Origin: an uncultured Acidimicrobiaceae bacterium
GTDB taxonomy: Bacteria; Actinomycetota; Acidimicrobiia; Acidimicrobiales; RAAP-2
DNA length: 64,000 nucleotides
Direction of reading: 5' to 3'
Assembly (NCBI GenBank): GCA_963831535.1
Contig: CAWHQP010000003.1
Coordinates: forward strand, 131,366 to 195,365
In this document: piece after piece, positions 32,803 to 41,287 of the stretch
Layout: every line of letters starts with the position of its first letter
Numbering within the stretch: the first letter of the stretch is position 1
Translations under genes and position numbers: made by a program
The notes under the pieces: generated by a model
What the model was told of the DNA's origin: nothing
Seen by the model: only the letters and a program-made list of their open reading frames with translations
Database searches by the model: none

Positions 32803-33639
32803 GTGCGACGAATATTGATGACCTTTGCGGCCCTGCTGATTCCGGTAGCAGGTGTCTCGCTGGGGTTCGCGGCGGGTACTGCCGGAGCGGCCTCGTTGAA
32901 GATCACCTGCACCACGATCAGCGGAACCGTGAGCGGTGACATCACGGTCAGTGGGTGTACTGGGGGAAACACCGGAGGAGCTTCTGAGCCGGCCCCCGCC
33001 CTGTCGTTGGAGTACGGCGGAACCACCGACTGGGTGTCTGGTTCAACCACCACGGTCGCCGCTCCGGTCACCACCGCGGTCGCAGCAACCAAGTGCCCGG
33101 GGTACGTGCACGGTCAAACAGCCACCAATCCCTCGGCGCTGTCCGTGGTGTCAGCCGTCACAGGAGACACCGGCGACGGCATCCTGCTTCCGGCCACCTC
33201 GACTGGTGAGGTATGCGTGACCCAGGCCGGCGTGATCACCGCGCTGAAGTCGTTCGTGTACTCGTGGACGGCGAGCTCCATCTCCTGCACCACGATCACC
33301 GGATCGGCCACGCTCGTCGTCAGTGGGTGCACCGGAGGCAACACGGGCGGAATGTCGGAGTCGTTGAGCGCCGCGACCTTGGCCGACGGCGGAACCATCG
33401 ACTGGGCGTCCGGTGGGAGTACCACGATCGGAGTTCCGACGCTGGGCACCACATCGGCAACCCACTGCCCCGGCTATGTCCATGGTGTTACGCCTGAGCC
33501 CGCAGCCGAGACGTTCGAGGCTGCGGTTACCGCGGACACCGGCGACGGCCTGAAGTTGGGTGCGAACGAAGCCAAGGGTTCAGTTTGCATCAGTCCCCTC
33601 GGCGCCATCACGGCACTGAAGACGCTGACGGTTAAGTAG
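32803..33639 (+). CDS. Secreted protein of unknown function built from two tandem 120-aa Cys-containing repeats
   Basis: Intact ORF, 278 aa. The GTG start follows GAAGGGGGAG. The signal peptide is MRRILMTFAALLIPVAGVSLGFAAGTAGA/AS. Repeat 1 is KITCTTISGTVSGDITVSGCTGGNTGG...KCPGYVHG...AVTGDTGDG...GEVCV..GVITALK. Repeat 2 is SISCTTITGSATLVVSGCTGGNTGG...HCPGYVHG...AVTADTGDG...GSVCI..GAITALK. Confidence 0.8.
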   Translation: MRRILMTFAALLIPVAGVSLGFAAGTAGAASLKITCTTISGTVSGDITVSGCTGGNTGGASEPAPALSLEYGGTTDWVSGSTTTVAAPVTTAVAATKCPGYVHGQTATNPSALSVVSAVTGDTGDGILLPATSTGEVCVTQAGVITALKSFVYSWTASSISCTTITGSATLVVSGCTGGNTGGMSESLSAATLADGGTIDWASGGSTTIGVPTLGTTSATHCPGYVHGVTPEPAAETFEAAVTADTGDGLKLGANEAKGSVCISPLGAITALKTLTVK

Positions 33640-33692
33640 TCAGTCTCACCAGTCACATCGACGGCCCGCCTGGGCTCGTCGGGTAGGTAATC

Positions 33693-33736
33693 GGGTTGAG
33701 CCCCGCCTCGTGAGAGGCGGGGCTCAACCCGTTTTT
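33693..33736 (+). terminator. Rho-independent terminator
   Basis: A perfect 17-bp stem pairs GGGTTGAGCCCCGCCTC (33693-33709) with GAGGCGGGGCTCAACCC (33714-33730). The loop is GTGA and the stem is followed by GTTTTTGG. It lies 54 nt after the stop of the gene at 32803..33639. Confidence 0.85.
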
Positions 33737-34085
33737 GGGGTGCAGTGACGAAGAGCCGAACGCCAGGTGAGCGGGCGCACAACAGACCTCCGTCGAGGCA
33801 GCCGCAGCGCGGTGTGCCCTGCCCGCTGCTGTTCTCCCGACTGACGACGTAGACAGCAGGCATGGACCCAGCGCAGGCTCGGTGGCCGAGGACAGAGAAT
33901 CGCTGGGAACGTTATCGGCCGGCGTTCCGACCGGCCGCAGGAGGCGAACCGATGACGCCGCGATCGCCCTGCTCCCGAGTCCCGGCCATCAGCCTCGGCG
34001 TCGAGCTGGCGAGGTTCAGGCGTCGGCCCCGAGCACATCGACGGCCCTCCACGGCGAGAGCCGCAGCGTTGTCCAACCCGGTTGG

Positions 34086-35003
34086 TCAGTGGCGGTCGGT
34101 GTGGACGAGGGGATTCCGAGACGGACTATCCATCCCACAGGGATCGTCGTCGTCGTTGCACCGTTCACATTCGAGCTCGAGTGTGCTGTGCGAGATGGCG
34201 AAAGGGGCAGCAATGGCCGACTTGACCAGGTCGCCCACCGTCTGGGCCTCCTCCAGTGTGGGGTGGCCGGTGAGCACCAGGTGGGCCGAGAGCACACGGC
34301 GCTCACTGGACAGGCTCCAGACGTGGAGATCGTGGACCTCGCCGACCCCCGGCACGGCGGCCATGGTTGCCGTCAGGTGGTCGACATCGAGGTCCGGTGG
34401 CGTGGATTCGAGGAGCACGGCGATGCTGGCTCGGAAGATGCCAACGGCCTGGTAGACGATGATTCCGGCCACCACCAGAGCCGACGCCGGATCGAGCCAA
34501 GTGGCCGACGGCGCCACCAGCATGATGGCCGCGGCTAGGACCACGGCAAGCGAGGCCAGTGCGTCTCCGGCCATGTGCAGCAGAGCGGATCGCATGTTGA
34601 GATCCGTCGAATGATCCCGGAGGACGAGAGCAGCGAGGCCGTTCAGCACCAGCGCCACCGACGCCACCACGATGACCAGGCCGGCCCGGACCGGCTCCGG
34701 ATGGCCGAGCCGGTGCACACTGTCGATGACGATGAGCACGGTGACCACGCCGATCAGGCTGGCATTGGCCAGCGCGGCGAGAATGGTGGCCCGGTGGTAT
34801 CCGAACGAGCGGGTCCGACTCGGGGGACGGAGGACAAGTCTCACCGCCACCAGCGAGAGCACCAGTGCTCCCACGTCAGCGAGGTTGTGGCCAGCGTCGG
34901 CCAAGAGCCCCGTGGAGTGGGCGACGATGCCGAATCCGATCTGGACGATGACCAGCACGCCGTTGAGGACGAGCGTGATGGCGAGTCTTCGAGTTCTGTC
35001 CAT
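34086..35003 (-). CDS. Cation diffusion facilitator (CzcD/ZitB-like) metal efflux transporter
   Basis: ORF 34086..35030(-). ATG at 35003 (MDRTRRLAITLVLNGVLVIVQ) is preferred over the TTG at 35030. Motifs are HSTGLLADAGHNLADV (TM2), LHMAGDALASLAV (TM5) and a C-terminal cytoplasmic domain HDLHVWSLSS...LSAHLVL. An Asp/Cys/His-rich tail is present. Confidence 0.85.
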   Translation of the reverse strand: MDRTRRLAITLVLNGVLVIVQIGFGIVAHSTGLLADAGHNLADVGALVLSLVAVRLVLRPPSRTRSFGYHRATILAALANASLIGVVTVLIVIDSVHRLGHPEPVRAGLVIVVASVALVLNGLAALVLRDHSTDLNMRSALLHMAGDALASLAVVLAAAIMLVAPSATWLDPASALVVAGIIVYQAVGIFRASIAVLLESTPPDLDVDHLTATMAAVPGVGEVHDLHVWSLSSERRVLSAHLVLTGHPTLEEAQTVGDLVKSAIAAPFAISHSTLELECERCNDDDDPCGMDSPSRNPLVHTDRH

Positions 35004-35090
35004 GGGCGCTACCGCCTCACAGCGTACCAACGACCGTGCTGACGCCCTGCGGGCCGGCCCGGCGGCCGCGTGGTGGGCCGATAGCCTCCG

Positions 35091-35645
35091 GTGATGAGCG
35101 ATCCGCCGTCCACCGTGCGCAGGAAGGTGGTGCTGAGCGCATTGGCCCTGGGTTTCATCACCATGGTCCTCGTGGTGGTGGCCACCGCCCGGCTGTTTAT
35201 CTGGCCGCCAACCGATCTGCCGGCCAAGGCCGACGCAGTGGTGGCTCTAGGGGGCGATCCCGGCCAACTTCGGGCCAAATCGGCGATGCGCCTGGCCCGG
35301 GAGGGCTACGCCCCGGTCGCCGTCATCTCCCTGGGGGGCAAGCGGGCGGTCCCCTGCCCACCGGCAGTGCCCGGCGTGGAGCTCATCTGCTTTCGGGCCA
35401 ATCCTCTCGATACCAGGGGTGAGGCCGAATACGTTGCCCGCCTGGCCAGCCGCCAGCACTGGAATCGGATCATCGTGGTGTCGGAGCGGAGTCAGGCCAC
35501 CCGGGCTCGGATGCTGTTCAAGCGGTGTACCGGGATCCAGCTTCTGATGGTCCCGGTAACCGATCCACGGGTGCGGCTGCCTTTCGACGTCGCCTACGAG
35601 TGGGCCGCGTTGATCAAGGCGTTGGTGGTCGTGCGGTCCTGTTGA
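35091..35645 (+). CDS. DUF218 / YdcF (ElyC)-like membrane-anchored protein
   Basis: Intact ORF, 184 aa. It has an N-terminal TM (VVLSALALGFITMVLVVVATA). This is followed by ADAVVALGGD...AREGYAPVAVISLGG...TRGEAEYVARL...IIVVSERSQATRARMLFKR, as in DUF218 proteins. Confidence 0.7.
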   Translation: MMSDPPSTVRRKVVLSALALGFITMVLVVVATARLFIWPPTDLPAKADAVVALGGDPGQLRAKSAMRLAREGYAPVAVISLGGKRAVPCPPAVPGVELICFRANPLDTRGEAEYVARLASRQHWNRIIVVSERSQATRARMLFKRCTGIQLLMVPVTDPRVRLPFDVAYEWAALIKALVVVRSC

Positions 35646-35832
35646 TTGGCCCGGGGCAGCCGGGGCGAGGCGGCGACCTGTGGGCGGCACGGCCCTGATC
35701 ATCAGCCTTGACCCTGCACCCGCGGCTGTCGTCCAGGTAGTGTCCGTTCTGTGGTGCGTGATGTCGTGAGGGGGCGATGGGGGTCGTGGACGCACCCGCC
35801 GTCTCGCGCCATCGCCCCTCGAGGGTGATCCG

Positions 35833-36723
35833 ATGATCTATATCGTCACCGTCCATTGGCGATCCCCCCAGTGGATCGTTCCTCAGCTCGACTACCTCCG
35901 CCGGAACATCCGTGCGCCCTACCGCGTGTTCGCCATGCTCAACGGCATCGACGACCCCGACCTGTGGCGGCGATTCGACTATGTCGACGATGCGCTCGGC
36001 ACCCATGGAGCGAAACTCAACGCGTTGGCGCAGGTGGTCAGCGAGCAGGCCGACCCTGATGACATCATCATCTTCCTCGACAGCGACGCTTTTCCCGTCC
36101 GACCTCTGGACGATTGGCTCCACCTCGCATTGGCATCGCATCCGCTGGTGGCCATCCAACGCCGCGAGAACTTCGGCGACCTCCGGCCTCATCCGAGCTT
36201 CTGTGCCACCACGGTCGACCTGTGGAGCACGATCAGCGGGGACTGGGACCGCGAAGCGTGGACGACGCCGAGCGGAACTGTTCTCGAGGACGCGGGAACG
36301 CGGGTCCTGCGCAGTCTCGAAGATGCCCAGATTCCCTGGCTGCCCCTGACCCGTTCCAACACCCACGACGCCCATCCGCTGTGGTTCGGCGTGTACGGGC
36401 ACTACCTCTACCATCATGGGGCTGGGTCGCGACCCAAGTGGAGCGTTCTCGACGACCAGAAGGTGTTCAGCGGCGTCGCCGAGCCGGGTCCCAGCCTCGG
36501 ATCGTTGGCCACCGGTGTCGCCCGGAACCCACGACGGGTTCTGGATGTGCGCCCCCGGGATCTGCGCGTGTTGGCGACCGCCTCCACCAAGACGGCCAGC
36601 CAACTCCATCGGCGCTGGATGATCCATGCGGCCAACCGCCAATCCGACCGGATCTTCACCCGGTTAACGGTCGACCCCTCCTTCTACCGGGAGTTCGATG
36701 ACGCGCTCGTCGATCCCGTCTGA
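35833..36723 (+). CDS. Hypothetical protein, possible nucleotide-diphospho-sugar transferase fold (DxD motif)
   Basis: Intact ORF, 296 aa: MIYIVTVHWRSPQWIVPQLDYLRRNI...DDIIIFLDSDAFPVRPL. This is a beta-strand followed by DSD, as in GT-A enzymes. I recognise no firm family. Confidence 0.6.
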   Translation: MIYIVTVHWRSPQWIVPQLDYLRRNIRAPYRVFAMLNGIDDPDLWRRFDYVDDALGTHGAKLNALAQVVSEQADPDDIIIFLDSDAFPVRPLDDWLHLALASHPLVAIQRRENFGDLRPHPSFCATTVDLWSTISGDWDREAWTTPSGTVLEDAGTRVLRSLEDAQIPWLPLTRSNTHDAHPLWFGVYGHYLYHHGAGSRPKWSVLDDQKVFSGVAEPGPSLGSLATGVARNPRRVLDVRPRDLRVLATASTKTASQLHRRWMIHAANRQSDRIFTRLTVDPSFYREFDDALVDPV

Positions 36724-36766
36724 CCTGGACCACCCCGACTGTCCGGATCCGGTCGCAGCTCGGTGC

Positions 36767-38137
36767 TCAGGCCGATCTCGCGTCTTCGGGCCCCGCTAAT
36801 CGCAGCGTCACCGAGTCGGTGGTGTCGAGGCCCCCACCCTCGTGAAGGAGACCGCTGCCGTTGGCCAGCGCCACTGCGGCGAGCTGCGAGCGCACACCCA
36901 ACTTTCGGAGGATCGACCGGATGTGGGATCGGACCGTGGCCAACGAGACCACCAACTCCAGCGCAATGTCCGCGGGTGATGTCCCCGTGGTCAGATAGAA
37001 CAGGACCCGACGCTCACTCGAGGTAAGTCGCATCAAGGCGTCGAGCTGGGGTGGAACCCGGTGGACGAGCGGCTCCCATGACCCTCGCCCGTCCGCAGGA
37101 GCACGCTGGCTCCGGCTGACCAGATGAGCCGGCAACTCGTTGAAGTCGAAGAGCACGGTCGCACCGTTCACGATGCAGTTGGTGAGGGCACCCACCCCCG
37201 CTCCCACGCTGACAGCGATGACGTCGATACCAGCGACGCCGTAGGACCTGGCCAACTGGGCCGGAAGGCACCAAGTGCTCGACATCCAGGGTGTGGGCTG
37301 ACCGGTCGGTTCGCTGCCGACCAACAGAACCACAAGGTCGATCGGCACCCCTTCGATGGTGACCGGAGGGGTGTCCCCGGACGGTAGGGGGATGGCGTGG
37401 GTCGTGAAGCCGAGGCGTTTCGCCGCCGAGCAGGTGGCCAGGGTAGCGATGCCAGGAGTGCCGGTGGACTCGGGATCGCACTCCACCACCAGGATCAACC
37501 CGCACGGTGGCGTTTCGACCCCGTCGTCACGGCGCGTTCCATGGGTCACATCGGTCCGGCGGGAGTTGCCGAGGACGATTCGATGACGCAGATGGGAAAG
37601 CGAGACGTTCGCGGTCTTGGCTCCACCGACACCACCGGGCCGAGCTGGCCTGGTCCGGCCGCCGGCCGTGTGGGCCAGCCCAGACCCGAGGAGGCGGTCC
37701 ACGGTAACTACGGTGGTGGCGTCGAACATGGTCGCTGACCGGTCATCGCCTCCACCCACCCGGAGTGGGACGGTCGATCTGGGATCCGCCACTGACCGTG
37801 CTGAAGGGCGCGCACCTCCAGCACCCTCCTGATGGTTCGGCAGCCCAAGGCTGACGGCACGGGCCAGGCGCTGTGCGAGCACCTTCGATGCCACCGCATC
37901 GGCATCGGGGCCGAAGGCCACCGCCAGACGGAACTGTCCGTAGGGACAGAGGCGGTCACCCGGGCGAACGGTCTGTTCGATGCTGTGTAGGGCCGATGCA
38001 TAGAGGGAGGAATGCAGCGCTTCCCATGCCTCGGCATCTGATCGGCAAGGTCGCAGCTCGATGCGCGCTACCGTGCGCGGCACTGTCGGAGCTTCTGGAC
38101 CGACGTCTGGCGGACTGTGCGGTGTACTGATTGACAT
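36767..38137 (-). CDS. LuxR-family transcriptional regulator with a degenerate GGDEF-like segment and a pseudo-receiver-like middle domain
   Basis: ORF 36767..38254(-). ATG 38137 is preceded by GGGGGA and is preferred over ATG 38254. The C-terminal HTH is LTSSERRVLFYLTTGTSPADIALELVVSLATVRSHIRSILRKLGV. The N-terminal part has TVRPGDRLCPYGQFRLAVAF. The middle has LILVVECDPES...IDLVVLLVG...VIAVSVGAG. Codon usage is noticeably less GC3-rich than in the core genes. Confidence 0.8.
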   Translation of the reverse strand: MSISTPHSPPDVGPEAPTVPRTVARIELRPCRSDAEAWEALHSSLYASALHSIEQTVRPGDRLCPYGQFRLAVAFGPDADAVASKVLAQRLARAVSLGLPNHQEGAGGARPSARSVADPRSTVPLRVGGGDDRSATMFDATTVVTVDRLLGSGLAHTAGGRTRPARPGGVGGAKTANVSLSHLRHRIVLGNSRRTDVTHGTRRDDGVETPPCGLILVVECDPESTGTPGIATLATCSAAKRLGFTTHAIPLPSGDTPPVTIEGVPIDLVVLLVGSEPTGQPTPWMSSTWCLPAQLARSYGVAGIDVIAVSVGAGVGALTNCIVNGATVLFDFNELPAHLVSRSQRAPADGRGSWEPLVHRVPPQLDALMRLTSSERRVLFYLTTGTSPADIALELVVSLATVRSHIRSILRKLGVRSQLAAVALANGSGLLHEGGGLDTTDSVTLRLAGPEDARSA

Positions 38138-38320
38138 GTTCCCCCGTGCCCCGGCCGTTCGTCGACTCGGCACATTGCCGTTGCCCCACGGTGCGACCCC
38201 TGCTGCCAGGCATTCTACCGCCCGGGCGGCGTTAGGAAAAGAGAATCTCCTCATTGTTGAGGAGGACGTTCTGTCCGCTCCGGTCCGAGTTCCACCGGTC
38301 GGTCGGTGCGAGCCAGGCCG

Positions 38321-38911
38321 CTACGGCCCGATCGGATCTGTCTGATCGGCGTGCCGGTCGTCTGGCAACGTGGCGTGGAACGAACCGTCGATCAGCAGCA
38401 CCATGCCCACCCCGAGCACCAACCCAGCCAGCGCGTCGCTCGGATAGTGCCATCGGAGCCCGATCACCGCCACCACCATGAGGCCGGTGAGCACTACGCC
38501 CACGGCGATGGTCGCTCCGCGGTAGCGCGACGGCACGGCCAGGGACCAGGCGGTGAGAACCGCAGCCACGTCGGCGACGTTGCCCGACGGGTAGGAGAGT
38601 GCTCCTTCGAAATGGCGTCCCACCAGGGGTTTGAAGGTGTACTCGACCAGGAAGGCCACCAACACCGGACCGGCCACACACGCCAGGGCGCGCCGACGAT
38701 CATGGCCCAGCGCCACCAGGGCCGCAGCGATCGTGGCGAGTACCAGAACCAGGGGAGTGCCGAGGTCGGTGATCTTGATCAGGATCTTCGATCGTGTCGC
38801 CTTGGGGATGATGTCGAATCCCAGTCGGTCGAGCGGAGTGGCCTCGGGGTGGCGTGCCACCACTACGGCCGCCACCACCGACACGGCGACCAGCAGTGAT
38901 CCGACGAGCAA
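38321..38911 (-). CDS. PAP2-superfamily phosphatase (undecaprenyl-diphosphate / lipid phosphatase-like)
   Basis: Intact ORF, 196 aa with a TTG start and 5-6 TM segments. The PAP2 motifs are KPLVGR (C1), YPSGN (C2, normally PSGH) and LRWHYPSDA (C3, SRxxxxxHxxxD-like). Confidence 0.75.
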   Translation of the reverse strand: MLVGSLLVAVSVVAAVVVARHPEATPLDRLGFDIIPKATRSKILIKITDLGTPLVLVLATIAAALVALGHDRRRALACVAGPVLVAFLVEYTFKPLVGRHFEGALSYPSGNVADVAAVLTAWSLAVPSRYRGATIAVGVVLTGLMVVAVIGLRWHYPSDALAGLVLGVGMVLLIDGSFHATLPDDRHADQTDPIGP

Positions 38912-38985
38912 CTCATTCCTGTAGCCCGAGAAGGTGCTGGTCTGCCCGAACGGGCGAGAATCGGATCCGCGGGGGGAGTCGGACG

Positions 38986-39913
38986 TCAGGAGGACTCCGA
39001 GAGCCAGGACACGGTGGCGGCCAGGCCTTCTTCAAGTCCCACCGAGGCGATGGCGGGAAACAGGCGTCGGAGGAGCTGCTGGTCGGCCTGCGAGTCTCGC
39101 ACGTCCCCGGGGCGGGGATCGGTGTAGTTGCGGGGCAGCGACCGACCCATGATCACTTCAAGTAGTCCGATGACCTCGAGGAGTGACACCCTGGTCCCGA
39201 AGGCGAGGTTGACCGGCCCCGGGTTCGTCACGCGACGCAGGACGGCGTCAGCGAGCACGGCCGCCACGGTACCGACGTAGGTGAAGTCGCGGTGTCTGCA
39301 GGCCGTCGCCGTGCACAGTGAGCGGTTCGCCACGCAGCGCGGCGTCGACGAAGGCAGGGACGACGGCGGCGTAGGCGTGACCGGCGGGTTGGAGGGGCCC
39401 GAAGACGTTGAAGAACCGGAAGGCCAGGACGGGCAGGCCGAAGGAGCGGCCGTAGGCCAGGGTGGCGGCCTCAGCGGCCAGCTTCCCGGCGGCGTAGGGA
39501 CTCACCGGCATGGTGGCCATGCCCTCGTGCTTGGGAAGCTCGGGATTGGCCCCGTACACCGACGAGGAGGACGCCATCACGACATGGAGCCCGCCGCGAC
39601 GACGGGCAGCCTCCAGTACCTCCATGGTTCCGGTGGCATTGGTCAGATGGCTGGCCATGGGATCGGCCAGCGAGCGGGGAACCGATGGCCGGGCGGCGAG
39701 GTGGACGACGGCATCGGCGCCGTGGAACACGGAATCGAGCAGTGCCGCGTCGAGGATCGAACCTTCGACCAGGTCGAACCCGACAACGTTGTGCCGGTAT
39801 CCCGTAGACAGGTCATCGAGGGCCACCACCTCTTCGATGCCTGGTTGCGCGGTCAGTGTCCGGCACAGGTTGGCTCCGATGAATCCGGCACCACCGGTGA
39901 CGACGACCTTCAT
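38986..39913 (-). pseudogene. NAD-dependent nucleotide-sugar epimerase/dehydratase (GalE/UDP-GlcA-epimerase-like); one frameshift
   Basis: ORF 39248..39913(-) gives MKVVVTGGAGFIGANL...ASSSSVYG...SPYAAGKLAAE...LTVHGDGLQT. The sense then continues in ORF 38986..39333(-): RDFTYVGTVAAVLADAV...NLAFGTRVSLLEVI...DPRPGDVRDSQAD. The junction near 39293 looks like one extra C. Confidence 0.8.
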
Positions 39914-39996
39914 CGGCGATCCGCTCCCTGGCCGACCGACGTACGACCACGAGGAGGTCGTCCTGACGTCGTAGCCATTCGGTGCACCGGCGAAGA

Positions 39997-41265
39997 CTAC
40001 AGGCGTTCGACGTTCGGCCCGGTCAGGCGATTGCGTGTATCCAGCACATACCTGGCGTGGCGTCGGATCAGTTCGTAGTCGAACGCATCGTGGTCGGTGA
40101 CGATCACGATGCCATCGGCGGCGGCCAACTCCTCTTCAGTCGGCTCGACGAGGGGGTACGAGGGGCTCGGGTCGGTCAGGTGGGGATCGACCACCCGTAC
40201 GTCGGCACCCAACGATGTCAGCAGGTGGGCGATGGCGCTCCCCGGCGCCTCGCGGGCGTCGCCGGTGTTTCGCTTGTAGGTGATCCCCATGATGAGAATC
40301 CGAGATCCGTTGATGGCGCGACCCATGCGATTGAAGGCCAGGATCAATCGTCGGACGACATAGTCGGGCATGTGCTCGTTGACGTCGTTGGCCAGCTCCA
40401 CGAAGCGGAACGGCTGGCCCAGGCTCCTCCGCACCTTCCAGGAGAGGTAGCTCGGGTCGATGGGTAGACAGTGGCCCCCGACACCAGGCCCCGGTGTGAA
40501 GCGGAGGTAGCCAAACGGCTTGGTCGATGCGGCGTCGATGGCCTCCCATACGTCGATCTCCAACTCCGCGGCAAACATAGCGAGTTCGTTGACCAGGGCG
40601 ATGTTCACGTGCCGGAATGTGTTCTCGAGGAGCTTGGTCAGCTCCGCTTCGCGGGTCCCCGACACCGCAACCGTGCGGTCGACGATGGAACCGTAGAAGT
40701 CGGCGACGGCTCGGAGCGATGCCTCGTCGATGCCGGAGATCACCTTGGGGGTGTTCTGGAGCGTCCAGGTGGAATTGCCGGGATCGATGCGCTCCGGGCT
40801 GTACCCCAGGTGGAAGTCGCGGCCCGCCGTCAGCCCGGACCCCTCCTCGAGGAGCGGGGCGACCAGCTCCTCGGTTGTTCCGGGGTAGCTGGTGGATTCC
40901 AGCACCACCGTCGACCCCGGGCTCAGGTGCCGGGCAACCGTGGAGGCGGCGTCCTCCACGAACGAGAGGTTGGGGCTGCCGTCGTGAAGCGGCGTCGGGA
41001 CGTCGATGACGGCGACGTCGAATCCGGCAAGGCGCGAGCTGTCGTCGGTCGCCGTATACCGGCCTGAATCGAGGGCAGCCTGCAGGTGGGCATCGGCGAT
41101 GTCCTCGACGAAGGAGAATCCCGCGGCCAGCAGTTTGATACGCCGTGGGTCCACGTCGAAGCCGACCACGTCGTAGCCGACCTCGACGGCCCGCAGGGCC
41201 AAGGGGAGCCCGACGTAGCCCTGGCCGATCACGACGAGCCGGGTCGGCCCGCCGCTCTGGCTCAC
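39997..41265 (-). CDS. UDP-N-acetyl-hexosamine 6-dehydrogenase family (UDP-glucose/GDP-mannose dehydrogenase superfamily; WbpA/WecC/CapL-like)
   Basis: ORF 39997..41475(-). I prefer the in-frame GTG 41265 (VSQSGGPTRLVVIGQGYVGLPLA) because the upstream 70 Pro-rich codons overlap the end of the preceding gene. The catalytic-Cys segment PGPGVGGHCLPIDP is present, as is the C-terminal UDP-binding domain ILIMGITYKRNTGDAREAPG. Confidence 0.85.
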   Translation of the reverse strand: MSQSGGPTRLVVIGQGYVGLPLALRAVEVGYDVVGFDVDPRRIKLLAAGFSFVEDIADAHLQAALDSGRYTATDDSSRLAGFDVAVIDVPTPLHDGSPNLSFVEDAASTVARHLSPGSTVVLESTSYPGTTEELVAPLLEEGSGLTAGRDFHLGYSPERIDPGNSTWTLQNTPKVISGIDEASLRAVADFYGSIVDRTVAVSGTREAELTKLLENTFRHVNIALVNELAMFAAELEIDVWEAIDAASTKPFGYLRFTPGPGVGGHCLPIDPSYLSWKVRRSLGQPFRFVELANDVNEHMPDYVVRRLILAFNRMGRAINGSRILIMGITYKRNTGDAREAPGSAIAHLLTSLGADVRVVDPHLTDPSPSYPLVEPTEEELAAADGIVIVTDHDAFDYELIRRHARYVLDTRNRLTGPNVERL

Positions 41266-41287
41266 CCGAGGACGCCCCGAGGCGGGC

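Noticed and set aside
33737-34085. ORFs 33724..34038(-), 33862..34455(+) and 33882..34538(+) around the CDF transporter 3' end
   Set aside because: They are either antisense to the CDF gene or in a non-coding spacer. Their composition is Arg/Pro-rich and they have no motifs.
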